A DNA stretch of 64,000 nucleotides, taken from Bigelowiella natans CCMP2755 (lineage: Eukaryota > Protista > Cercozoa). Positions 1-18,279 of the stretch are shown piece after piece. The DNA lies in assembly GCA_000320545.1 (NCBI GenBank), contig ADNK01000512.1, forward strand, positions 63,635 through 127,634, given 5' to 3'. The translations under genes and the position numbers were made by a program. Positions within the stretch are counted from its first letter, which is position 1, and each line of letters begins with the position of its first letter. The notes below the pieces were generated by a model, which worked only from the letters and a program-made list of their open reading frames with translations, was not told the origin of the DNA and did no database searches.

Positions 1-455
1 AAGTTATGGACAGGAGAGATTGTACTTCCGATTTATGATTCTTTTCCTACTCTCTTCCTCGTCTCTGCCCGCCTAAAGTGCTTTTCGCTTCGATGTGCAG
101 CCCCCGTATCCGTATTGTATAGACAAGGCTAAGGCGGAGTACCACCAGAAGGAAATCCGTAAGCATTTGGAGAATATAGCATGAAACACACGCAATGCAA
201 AAAATATGAGTATCAGCACGTAGGCTGGTGTTATATAGTTCCGAGAAATTTCGATGAATTTGTGGCCAAAGCCATCATTCTTTTCTTACTCTTTGGTGCT
301 ACTACCATTCACCTTCCTACCTTTGCATATGTCAGAGGCTGCTGCAGAGGATCTAACAACGGGCTACTATGGTCCGCTGCCGATACCGAATCTAAATGAG
401 TTTTTTCAAGCAAGTGCAGTTGCGCAGGTTGGTTGTCCTCTCGGTTGAGATAATG

Positions 456-492
<37 letters not shown>

Positions 493-1541
493 TTTCTGTC
501 CTTCTGGTTCCGGAGGAAGTTTCAATTTGAGTGTTTGGTATTCAGCGCAGCCGAGATGATAATAATAATAATAATAATTATCATCATCATCACCGTCGCA
601 ACCATGATCTTTTGGCACTTCTTAGATGATGGATATTGATATCCCAGAAGTCTTCAACTTAGTGCATATGGGTGATTACAGTAGTTATTTCACTACGACA
701 TTGTCTAGCCGTAGTATTTGTATTAGTAGTAGTAGTAGTAGTTGGTAGTAGTAGTGGTAGTAGTAACATGAGGAGTAGAAGCGGTGGTAGCGGTTGATTT
801 CACCCTCCTGTCCCCTATCCCAACAAACCTCGAATGGGTTCATCTCTCTAGCCACCGCTCGTTTGTACACAAATATAGCTTCTCTCCAATCATTCTTTGT
901 TCTCTTAATCATCATGCACAGGCAGAATAGCTTTCGCACCGGATACGCAGGAGGTAATGATAATATTCTCTCCACGCTCTTTTTTGAAGGAAGCTAATCG
1001 AGGGACACTCTCTGTATTTTTCGAACAGGTGCGGGATCTGTACGAGAGGCTGCGGTACACGTGGTATGGAACCTTCGATGCGGTATGCAAACGCTAGTGC
1101 ACAACCTTGTGTTTTTCTCTGGCAGCGTTGGTGGTGGTGGCGGTGGGGGTGGTAGTTCAATCGCCCTTTCATCATCTTTTTATCATCATAACAGCTCGAT
1201 GCAAAGATATATGAGACCGCTGATGATGCAGGTTTGCAGTATCTCGTTGTTTTGTTCTTGCTCAATTTCTCATGGTGTTCCTGGTTGTGCGCTTATTTAT
1301 CAGTCAACGCAGCCTTACAAACGACGAACAAAGACGACCAGTTCTGGGCGGTGCTGGTAGTATTTGCTGTTGATATTTCTAACGATAGTGGTGGTGACCC
1401 ACCCTCTACCCTTCACTCGTGTCTATGAGTAAGCTAGTGATGCTCGTGGATAAACGATATATAATACGAAAATAATATATTACAACTATTCCAACAACAA
1501 CAACAACAACAACAGGTTTTTAATCGCTACAATGTGGGGGG

Positions 1542-1579
<38 letters not shown>

Positions 1580-4500
1580 TCTCACGGACAGAAGTGGACA
1601 TATCCATCCGGATGAACTACACGACGATCCCATCGACGAAGAATAAGGTCGAAAAATGGGTGCTGGGGATAAGTGACGTGTACCTCCGCTACTATCTCTC
1701 TGGTTTCCTTACCCTACAGCACATGATTGAGCACGATATGCGATGTCTCGCCCGCGGCGGATATATCTGCTCCGCTAATCTTGACGACACGGGGGTAGCG
1801 GTGCCATTCCCCACTCCAGAGATTGACTCTAATGAGTTCTATGCGAGGGTGGGTGCGCTCATGGGGCTGGTTCTGTGCTTGGGCACGCTGTTTCCGGTGT
1901 CCAGGCTGATCAAAGTGCTTGTTGAGGAGAAGGAGACAAGGACGCGGGAGATGATGCGAATCATGGGCGTCACAGTCTCCGCACTGAATGCTGCTAACTT
2001 GTGCACCGCGCTAGTCTTCTTCAGCATCATCGCGGCAGGGATGACGACAATCCTGTGCATAGCCTCGGGCGTGATCGCCCGGTCTGCTCCCTCCCTCATC
2101 TTCATTCTGTTCGAGCTGACGCTGGTGTCGCTGGTGTGCCTGAGCTTCTTCATCGCTGCGATCTTCGACAGGGCCAAGTTGGCTGGAATCGTAGGCCCAA
2201 TTGCGGTATTTATCACTGTCATCCCACGTTATGCGATCTTCTCCTCGGACATTGACGAGCGCGGCACCGAGAAGGCCTTTGTGTCGCTGCTGTCCCCATC
2301 TGCGTTTGCCTTTGCCATGGACCAGGTGATGCAGTACGAAGGAGTGAACAGAGGCGTCGGCTGGGGAGACATCGACGAGCATGCCTTGCCTATTTCACGG
2401 ATCATCGGGCTACTGATATTTGACTCGGTGCTTTATCTATCACTCGCATTCTACGTGCAAATGGTCATCCCAAGCCAGTATGGTGTGAGGAGGTCCCTAT
2501 GTTTTTGTTGCCTCCCCTCCTTCTGGTGCCGTAGCAGGAAGAGAGAAGCTGCACTGAGAGATTCGGATAGTGGGGGCAATAGCGTCGCCGAGGGCAAGAT
2601 GACAAAGTATGAGGATGATGACAGCAAGGAAGGGCCTCACACAACCACCACCACCACCATCAACACCAGCCTATTTACCACACCGTCCATCAACGACGAC
2701 GGGTACATTAGAATTGAATCACCACCCTCAGCGACTACGATTGGGGCAGAAGAATCGTCGATGTGTGGATACCTCTTCAGGAAGCTTTCCCAATTATTCT
2801 ACTGCTGCTGCAGCAGTCGAGGCAATGCTGCCGAAGTCGACGAATTGGCAGCTGCTGCAGCACCCCCTGTGGTCCAGACGAACATGTGTGGGAACGAGGA
2901 AAAGCTGGTCGAGATCAAGAAGCTCAGGAAGACGTACGACAACGGCGTGAGGGCAGTGCGTGGGCTGAATCTGGACATTTTTGAGGAGGAGATTACAGTG
3001 CTCCTCGGCCATAATGGCGCGGGTAAATCGACTACTGTCAGCATCCTAACAGGGCTCATCCCCAGCACCAGCGGCAGTGCCATCTACTACGACCACCATC
3101 ACGACAGCCCTCGCGTCTATTCTGTAAACTCTGAACTCTCTCAAATTCGCACACACATCGGTCTTGGAATCTGTCCCCAGCACTCTGTGCTGTTCGACCG
3201 GTTAACATGCTACGAGCACGTTGCCCTATACGCGGCACTCAAAGGCGTTCGGCCCTCCTCCGCCATCGACTCTGCGGCGCGTCGTCTGCTGCAGCTGGTG
3301 GGGCTGCGGTCGAAGATAGACGCACAGGCGGGCGGCCTGAGCGGTGGGATGAAGCGCAAGCTCTCCGTGGCCATTGCCATTGTTGGTGGTCCTCGGGTGC
3401 TGTTTCTCGATGAGCCTACCAGCGGCATGGATCCAAAAGCACGGAGGGATATGTGGAATCTCTTCCGAAGCATCCGTCGTGGAAGGCGCGGCGTGGTTCT
3501 GACGACACACTTCATGGACGAGGCAGATATTCTGGGCGACAGGATCGCCATCATGACTCAGGGCCGGCTGCAGTGCTATGGCTCCTCGCTCTTCCTCAAG
3601 AAGTGCTTTGGCACTGGGTACAATCTGACCTTCTCCATGACGAAGAGGAAGAGGAAGAAGAGAAGGAATGGGGATCGTGGTGATGATGATGACGGTGACG
3701 ACGAAAGTCCTGAGCACGGTAGGGAGACCCTGCAGAGGGTGATTACGAGCTTTGTCCCCGACGCTGAAGTTGTGAATATGGCCGCCGGAGAGATGCGATT
3801 TCTGCTTCCATTCTCCAGAGTGAGAAAATTTGCTGCGCTCGTGTCGCACCTGGAGGCGAACAAAGATAGCCTGCCGTTTGAGTCTTACGGAATGTCAATG
3901 ACGAAGCTGGAGGAAGTGTTCATGAAGCTCGCCTCCGGCCATGAGGCGCACCATTTGCAGCATCCGCACCAGCAGCAGCACCAGCAGCGGCAACAGCGTG
4001 GTCGGATCGCTGGCGATAGTGCAAGAACTCAGGATAAGGAGGAGCATATCAATGATGATAACGACGAGAAGAATAAGCCTGTAATAACAACAACAACAAC
4101 AAAGTCGGGTATTGACCAGCTGCTTGGAGGAGTCAGTGTTTGTAGCAGCAATGAGGATGCTGCTGGAAATGATAAAGATTATGACGACGACAGCAAAGTG
4201 ATGATAGGAACATATGCGCAGACAGAGACTCTTCCAGGGCAACAAAAAGAAGAGAAGAAGAAGAAGAAGAAGAAGGAAACGAGCTGGTGCAAAGAACAGG
4301 AAATGTTACTTCCTTACGCAGCGGGGGGGGCGGGGTCGTCTTCGTCGCCCTCGTCATCATCCGGCCTCTTCCTCTTCGTGCAGATATGGGAGCTTCTACG
4401 GAAACGTGCGCTGTGTGCAGTGCGAGACTGGAAGGGGCGATTCTTCGAGGTGGTGCTGCCGGTACTCGTCGTAGCCTTGACGCTGCTCATCCTAAGGCTG

Positions 4501-7500
4501 AATATCAACCCAGCGGGCCCAGCGCTATTACTCTCCCCTTCCATGTACTACAACGTTCAGCCCGGAAAGGCATCGACAACCTACCTCTCCAGAAACCTGA
4601 TTAGCCCGGAGTTCTCAGCGGCCCTTTCACGCCTCTCCCCACTGATCGAGTACAGGGACTCGGGGCTGAACACATCGCTAGAGATTTCTGTGGATCTCCT
4701 CACCGGATACTACCAGCATGGCGACGAGACAAGGTTCGCAGGCTACGTCGCCAACGACACCTTCATCTTCGAGACGCCCGGTCTTGAACCCTACCTGCCG
4801 GGCTACTGGGATATATCCTCGAGGGAAGGGCTCACAATCATGCATAATTCCACCTACTTCCACGCCATCCCGGCGATGATGGCCGAGGCGACAAATGTGT
4901 TTCTTGCGCAGCAAGTATCATCACCATCGTCATCCTCATCATCATCCTCTTCTTCTTCTTCCTCTTCGATGCCTTCTGTGTCGTACAAGCTGTCAAGTCA
5001 CCCACTGCCGCTAACGGAGGAAGAGCGGCTGATCATCTCCTTGTTCCTCTCGCTGTTCGCAGCGCTATTCGTCCTCATTCCGTTCTGCTACATCCCAGCG
5101 TCCTTTGTCTCCTTCCTCGTGAGGGAGAAGAGGTCCAAGGCCTTGCAGATGCAGCAGCTGGCTGGTGTCGGCCCAATCGCCTACTGGGTATCAAACTATG
5201 TATGGGACCTCTGCAACTACCTCGTCATCACAGCGTGTGTCATGGTGGTGTTTGTTGGTTACGGGGACGCGGAATTCGCGGGTACTTCAGGCGCGCGACT
5301 GGCGACTTTCCTCCTGATCGCGCTATATGGCGTCTCCGCCATCCCCCTCGCCTACGCGTACTCCTTTCTGTTTGACAACCCCACGGCCGCACAGGTTGGC
5401 ATCTCTGGTCTGAACTTCCTCTTCGGATTCGCCCTGGTAATCGCGTCGTTCGTGTTGGACGCTGTGGAGCAAACGGAGCAAGCCAACGCTGCCCTCAAGC
5501 CGTACTACCGAGTATTTCCCCCCTTCAACCTCGGGGAGGGCCTCATTAACCTCACAGCTCTCCGGTGGAAAAACCAGCTGGGGGGGGGGCATCTTTCGCC
5601 GTTGGACTGGGGTGTGAGCGGCCGCAACCTAGTGTATATGGCATTCGAGGCCCTGGCATTTCTGCTGCTTGTCCTTTTAATAGACGCGCGTCGCAGATTT
5701 CCCTGTGTTCGCTGGCTGCAGCAGCTCCTCAATCAGCGTACGGTGTCTAGGCCAGAGGTGATACAGAAGCTGAATGAGACGAGGGAGGGACTCGATGATG
5801 ACGTTTGTGCGGAGAGGAAGGCTGTGCTGGCGAGCTATGGACATTTTCATGAGGAGGAGGAGGAGGAGGAGGAAGAGAAAGCAGGGAAAGAAGGTGATAA
5901 TGAGGGGATAAGAGAGAGAAGGATGAGACAAAGAGGCGACCCATTCGTCGTATTGCATGATGTTACCAAGGTCTACCCGGCACCTTCATCTTCATCGTCG
6001 TCTCCATCATATTGTGCATCCGCTCGAAGTATGTTGCGCTTCATCGCACGCCACTGCTGCTGCTGCTGCTGTCGTATCTCTTCGCCAGCAGCAGCAGCAG
6101 CAGCAGCAGCGAATAATCCCACCGTGGCAGTTCGAGAGAGCTGTCTTCGCATATACCCGGGTGCATGCTTCGGTCTCCTTGGGATCAATGGCGCTGGTAA
6201 GTCCACCACGCTAAAGATGCTGACAGGTGACACTTTGCCTACCAAGGGCGATGCGTGGGTGCTTGGACGCTCGGTGGTAGATGAATTTCCGTCGGTGCGA
6301 CATCGGATAGGCCTCTGCCCGCAGACAGATCCGATCTTCCCGCGAATGACAGGTGGTGAGCACCTGCGCTTCTACGCAAGGCTACGCGGTGTACCCAGTG
6401 GCCAGACTTCTCAGCTTGTGGACACCATTATTAATTTTGTCGGGCTCACGCAGTACGTTATTTGCAGCTTATGATGCCGCTGCTCTTCTGCAATGTGCTA
6501 CTATGCTGATGATGCTACGTGAGAAAGATGATAATGACGATGATGATGAATAGATGATGTTGATGATAAAGGTAATGATGATGATGATGATGATGATGAT
6601 GACGATAGTAGTTTGTGGCATTCATGCCGACGACATAATAAGAAAAGGGAAAACTCTATAATTATAAAGATAAGTCTAAGTAGCTGTATCTATGATACAT
6701 GTACTGATCTGAGTGATAATCTACCCCCCCCCCTCCCCCCCAAATGCGGGTACAAAATAAAAGATATCGTGACAAAGCTGCAGGTGGCTACTCTGGCGGA
6801 AACAAGCGAAAGCTTTCTCTGGGCATCGCGCTGGTTGGAGATCCGCCGGTAATCTTTCTCGACGAGCCTTCCTCGGGGATGGACCCCGTAGCGAAGCGCA
6901 GCATGTGGAACATTCTAGAGAAAGTAGCACGGGGAGGGGCATGCATGGTGCTCACGACGCACAGCTTAGAGGAGTGCGAGGCGCTCTGCGACAGAGTAGG
7001 CGTGATGGTGTCCGGCAGTTTCACATGCCTCGGCAGCATCCAGCACATTCGCAGCAGGTTCGGTGAGGGGTATGAGCTCGAGATGCAAGTGGTGCCGAGC
7101 ACAACAGCAGCGGCAGCCGCAGCACCAACTAGGATGGCAGCTGCTGCAGCGACAACTGTGAGAAACAGGGATGCTCGTAAAGACGGCAGTACGATGGCAC
7201 AGTCATTGGGAAGCGGCGGCCAGCAACACCTGGATCGTTCAGTCGATATCAAGACGACATTGCTCGCAGCCGATAATGATGACGAAGTCGTCGTCGTCGA
7301 CGACGGAAATGCCGAGCTTGTGAACGGCAATAGTAATCCTGATAATAATAATCATCATCCTCAAATAATACCTCGTGCACAACTGCAGCTGATTCTGACA
7401 ATGATTACACGCTTGGTACCGCGTGCTCACGTAATTGAGGAGCACGGTTACAGCCTTAAGATCATGCTGCCAGGGCTAGGAAAGGAAGGAGGAGCAGGAG

Positions 7501-7748
7501 GTGGAGAAGAGGTAAAGAAGAATCAATACCATGAATATGATGAAGAGAAGAGAAGAAAAGGAGAACACGCTACAGGCAACGGCATTGTTAGCCTCGGCGA
7601 CGTCTTTGAAGCCATTGAGCGCGAGAAGGAAGCACTTGGAATCGACTATTACAGCGTTACTCAGGCCACTCTCGAGCAGGTATTCCTTAGGATGGCCCGC
7701 AAGGGTGAGAACGAGCGTGGCAACGAAGAGGAGACCGATGATGCATGA
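1..7748 (+). CDS. ABCA: ABC transporter subfamily A, full-size (TMD-NBD-TMD-NBD); 5' end lies upstream of the window
   Basis: NBD1 has [17 protein letters not shown] and [12 protein letters not shown]; NBD2 has [17 protein letters not shown] and [16 protein letters not shown]-type motifs [21 protein letters not shown] and TLEQVF are present. Small exons lie in 1-1360, then a long exon 1516-6452, a GT-AG intron 6453-6763 (junction TQ|YRDK) and a last exon to the stop at 7748. Confidence 0.95.
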
Positions 7749-8643
7749 ATGAATAGATTTCAGCGAGTAATGGACTCGTGTGGGAAAATGTGTAGAAATG
7801 AAACTCAAAAGAACTGTTAACTAGCAAAAGTTAAGCAATGCTAGAGCTCCTGCTAGAACGATGTGAATACGCGTGCGACCTTTTGGCACAAGCAATGCTG
7901 TGCAAACATTTTGTCATTGGCAATCATGACAGCCAATTGTTTTGGTGTTGCCCTTAATTAGTCCGGCACCAGGCTAGCAGGTGCGACCTCTAGCTAAACA
8001 AGCTAGCAAGCCTATCGAAAATTGTAAAGAATTACATGCGCTGATCTTTAAGTGCACATGGTCATCTACTTGTTTTGTTTCGTCTGACTTGATGTGTTGT
8101 TATTGTTGTTGTCAATGCTGTGACAATCAACATGCGGAATTTTGAACGCCTATCTAGTAGCCAAGAGCAATGCTTTCTCATTTCACATCTAAACACATTG
8201 TGCACCCGTCTAGCCATGCTGCGTAGCCATTTGATCCATTTTGTTTCAACTTTGTCATACAAGAGCTGATCGTAGATGATGATGTCGCATGACAACTCGC
8301 GCGCATGCTGTCTAGCTGTGCTAGTCGCATAACTGGCAACGGATGTTGGGCAATGGTGGTAGTAGCTAGTAGTAGTAGTAGCAGTAGTAAGTAGTAGTAG
8401 TTGCAGTAGCTACAACGATAGCAAAAAATAGGTACACTCAATAATCGTTATAATGATATTTATTATCAGTCACTGTATCACCAGTATGAGCACTACGACG
8501 ATCTTCTCTGTGATCCTCACTGACCCTTTGGAGAAATAGTCTAAGAGTTTCACTGTTAGCTGTGTCATCAGCCGTCCCTGGACTAATGGTCTAATGGTAG
8601 TCAGACGCCTCTTGCGAGTGTCGCACTACTGCTATTATAATTG

Positions 8644-13843
<5,200 letters not shown>

Positions 13844-14667
13844 CGAAGCCCGTTTCTCCCCGCTATCTGTAGACATAAGCCATAACTTGGTTAAGTTCAA
13901 GCTACCAGCTACACATAGTCTAATGCAAACAATACGCAGACCAAGAACACCACCGCATTGCACGAAATGACGATTACTAATACTTCACGAGCTCGACGTG
14001 GATGCAATGTCGCTCTAGTTGCGCATAAGCGAAACAGTGTGCATGATGAACCGATTTTGGAAATAAAATTTTCCAGCTATTAAAAGCAAGCATCCCCTAA
14101 CGCTGCTTAGCTTGAATTTGAACCTTGGATCCTACGAAGGATAAAGTGATGCGGTGCTGAAATGTGTGCGCTCTTGGGCCACGCTCCGCTACGAATTAGA
14201 TTTGAAGGAACGACAACGAATATATGATGTCGCAGTAGTAAAATGCAGAATAAATCGCATGATATCTATCGCGTCCACAGCTTCAAGAGCTGTATTTCAG
14301 AAAGAAAATGAGATATTTCGGATATATTATTATCACGAATAAATTATAAAACAATACTACGACAACTAAATTTAGCTTGAGTTAGAACATTTATAGAATT
14401 CCATCGATGATCATGTTGATCAATTAGGTTGCCTGCCATGGGTTGTCGTAGGGCATTGAGTCCACAGCCAATGCGAGAGCAGAACGGAGACTCTTTCTGG
14501 ACAAAATCCATGTGAAATTACGATGTTCCTTAAAATTCCCTCTAAATAGTAGATATCGGCCATTTTCTACTTTAGTCATCTCGATGATCACCATTTATCA
14601 TGGAATATGAAGAGTTTTTCCTCAAACCATACCGAAGCAAAGCTGAATTCATTTGCGCCTAACCTTG
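13844..14667. promoter_or_regulatory. Probable bidirectional promoter region (UBA-like gene / proteasome alpha-2)
   Basis: About 0.8 kb of AT-rich, SSR-free sequence between two divergent ATGs. Confidence 0.5.
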
Positions 14668-15920
14668 ATGTCTGGGGCCAACTACTCCCTCACCACTTTC
14701 TCCCCATCTGGCTCCCTGCTCCAGATCGACTATGCCCTCGAGGCTGTCGGACAGGGAAGGACGTCTTTAGGAATCAAAGGTGATTTGATGTTCTTAAGCT
14801 TCCTGTATAGATTCGATACGTTTAGAGGTCTATGAATAAGAAGTTGCGCATTTTGCGCAAAAGGAAGGATTTTCTCTTTTGTTCCCATTTTACAAGTTGT
14901 ATTCATATTTCCTGCCCAGCGTTTCACACCAAGTTCATCTACATCTTTATTTATGTATTCTCCTTGAAGATTATTTTTTCGAACGTATAAAATAACCTCA
15001 AAGCTATTTTTTATTAACCCCATCTGCACTATTTCCCCTCTTGCTTTGACACATTGCAATACAGTGAAGGAAGGCGTAGTTATTGCTACAGAAAAGATGA
15101 CTCCTTCAGTTCTCGTTGATCAAAAGTCTAGGACGAAAATTGCCAGCCTATCGTGAGTAGCAATACAGTTCTAACACCAAAATCTCTCCTCCTAAGAAAA
15201 TTCTTAATCGTCATTGATTCAAAGGTCGAATTGCGGGCTTGTGTACTCGGGAATGGGTCCAGATTATCGTGTCTTACTACGAAAGGGAAGAAAAATTGCT
15301 CAAGAGTACTACATGACATACAAGGACGAGATTCCCGTGTCGCAGATTGTGCGTGAGATGGCCTCTGTAATGCAGGAATTCACGCAATCAGGGTATTAGA
15401 ACGCAGCCAGCTTACGATACTCAATACCGTCATATTAAAAATAATCTCCTCTTGTTGTTGCGATTTTTATCAGTGGTGTTAGGCCTTTTGGGGTATCCCT
15501 CCTTATCGCTGGTATCGACGATGAGGGCCCGCAGTTATACCAGGTATTGCAAAAGATCCTATGAACACGATGATACAAGCTATATTGATCTGATGACTTC
15601 GCATAGAATCTTCAGGGTATAATTTGTTTGATTTTTTTCTTGAATAGGTTGATCCTTCTGGTTCATACTTTGCATGGAAAGCCTCGGCAATAGGAAAGCA
15701 CAGTATCAGCGCCAAGACGTTCTTAGAAAAACGATATTTTGCTCATAAAGATATGGGCCTAGAGGACGCTGTGCATACTGCTATTCTTACCTTGAAGGAG
15801 AACTTTGAAGGAGCAATCACAAATGAGAATATCGAAATTGGAATTATCTCCTTGAAAGACAAAACCTTCAAAACGAAGAGCAAGGAGGAAATTTCAGATC
15901 TTCTTAAAGAAGTGGAGTAG
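14668..15920 (+). CDS. PSMA2: 20S proteasome subunit alpha type-2
   Basis: Spliced product contains [82 protein letters not shown] and KTFLEKRY. Five exons: approximately 14668-14779, 15065-15152, 15224-15392, 15474-15543 and 15648-15920. Confidence 0.97.
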
Positions 15921-16552
15921 ATACACACAGAACTCATTTCATTTTTTCTGGTGGTTGAGGTGAAAATTATGCATGTATGAACGAAACATAAATATAATTG
16001 GTAGTAATTCACTCATTTCGAGCAGATAATGCAATCAGATGCACGATGAACCCACACCAGATAGGACCATATGTGTAGGTGCAGATTCATGAATTTCACA
16101 TTGCTGAGACCTCGTGTGGGAGATTACAAGTAGACGTAGCTATTGACATGATCTGTTACATAGAATCGGACGAAGCGAGACGGTCGATATATAGCTAGAC
16201 AGCCCTACTAGCCTACCTAGCTAGAGCCTGCACAACCACGTGCAGCGTCTAAACTTAAAAAGATACATAGCCTCATCTAGCGCGCCTATTTTATTTGTCC
16301 ATGGCGATCAGCATTGCAAGCTAAAATAAATAGGCTTACACTTGACTTATTATATGCATGTTGAGCATATAGCGTTCTAGCGTTGTCGCTCTAGTTAAGT
16401 GAACAAGCACGCTATATGTGTGTCACGAGCTCGTAGCACGCATCGCATGTTTCTAGATTGCAACTAGCTTTGCTAGCTTGTCACAAGCTAGCAAGCATGC
16501 AAGCTACAGCAAGATGCAGCCTGCATCCACGGATCTCCATGGATCGATCTCT

Positions 16553-16965
16553 CACAAGTCCGTCAAACCTGTAACGAATCGCCAGAATGTGCATTTGGAA
16601 GCTTTTGCGCGCGACCAAGCGCGTCATGTGATGCAATGGACATTGGATTTGCTCGCATTTCTAGATTTCTTTGAAATTTTTCGTGCATATCACATTTGGT
16701 CAAACGCACAAGCAAAAGCATTCAAAATGTGGCAGAGAACAAACGCGCAGCGTGCATCCGCTACACAACGGGTGTGAATTTTCACACTTTGAGGCCTTGA
16801 AAATGGACATTTTGGTCAACATTTCGGTCATTTTTTCAGGTTTGGCCATCGGACAAGTTCTGATGACTTTTCTTTGACTAACTGCAACTGCCTGCTGCTT
16901 CAAAGCGCGTCGCAAAGCGCTGCACTGTTCACAACCCCGTCGTTACCGGGTTTGACGGACTTGTG
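16553..16965. mobile_element. Non-autonomous TIR element (MITE), 413 bp, with CAC...GTG termini
   Basis: Left end CACAAGTCCGTCAAACCTGTAACG (16553-16576) and right end CGTTACCGGGTTTGACGGACTTGTG (16941-16965) match as inverted repeats perfectly over the outer 17 nt. CT flanks both sides (possible 2-bp TSD). No transposase ORF. Confidence 0.75.
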
Positions 16966-17121
16966 CTAGATGAGTAACAACTTATTAGTAGTCTACGCCA
17001 TCTTATTTCATTGTCTAAATTGTGCTATGCAAGATTCAGATTGTCTAGCTAGCTAGCTAGCTAGTTGTGGTCACACAACAGACATACGATACACATGTAC
17101 ATATATACATACTACATGTAC

Positions 17122-17259
17122 AGCTACATCAGGATGACCATTGAAAAAATTTAATTCTTCATTACATCCGTCTCATACATACTACATGCTAGCATGTATG
17201 TATGACGGATGTAATGAAATGTTTGAATTTTTTCAATGCATGGTCATCCCAATGTAGCT
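17122..17259. repeat. Imperfect 138-bp palindrome (foldback/hairpin element)
   Basis: Paired arms AGCTACAT/ATGTAGCT, GGATGACCA/TGGTCATCC, TTGAAAAAATT/AATTTTTTCAA and TTCATTACATCCGTC/GACGGATGTAATGAA surround the centre ACATGCTAGCATGT. Confidence 0.85.
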
Positions 17260-18279
17260 ATGCAAAGCAGCGGCTACAGCGCTTAAGTTGACATACACAT
17301 GCTAGCATGTGATGTGTAAGCAATGTAGCCAGCGTAGCTAGCCTGTCTAGTTGCATGTGTCCAGCTATAGTTAATTATGTTATGTATAATACATACAACT
17401 GTGCATGTAGTTCTAGCTATAGTTCACACGCCTAGAAATAGTACTTGTTCGTAATAGTAGACAACGTAATGTGATATATATGATATATATATTATGTCAC
17501 TATGTCTATAATCGTTTTTGTATAGTGTCTAGAGCTTGAGCCAGACTAGCAGAGTGTCGTCGCTGCGTCGCGACATCTATGTAGTGTAGCATCGCGTCGC
17601 AATATACGACATATCTAGATATGCGCTAGACGCGAGTGTCTATACATTGCCTCTACATGTATCTAGATATGTATTGATCGAGTAGCTATCTAGCTGCGAG
17701 CAATAGGACACCAAATAAACACCTTTTGCTACCTTTTGCAGCTCATAAGCATAAAGGTGCACTAGTGCAGCCCAAGGCGACAGATCAAAAAATTGATTAT
17801 TATTTCGAGTTGTTATGCTTGAACCAACGAGCGACAATTGAACGAATAAAACAGCCAAGATGTGAGAAAAGCAGCGTCTCAACGTTTCATTTTTATTGGC
17901 TCGTCAGAAAAAGAGAGCTCAGAGAGGTTGCAAGTGTTTACACCTACACCTTTATCCGCAGAAGCAGAGTTGTCGGCAAAATTCTGCTGAACTAATTCGT
18001 TATGTTTATAAAAGGTGCAAAATTGTCCCCGCTGTAGACTAGAACAAGGGTGGTTGGTTGCACACAGGAACAACCGCAGCTAGTCGTTTGTCGATATTAT
18101 GTAGCATTATTTGTAGGTGCGCCAACCCAGTTCATGGGCATTATCATAGAAGCATTGCCGGCACATATCGATGCCGTATTTACGAATCAATCCCTACACA
18201 ATCAAACCGCTTGGTTAGATCAGTTTTTACACTTGCTTTGCCCAGACATCATCCACAGTCACAACCACGAAGAGCACAA

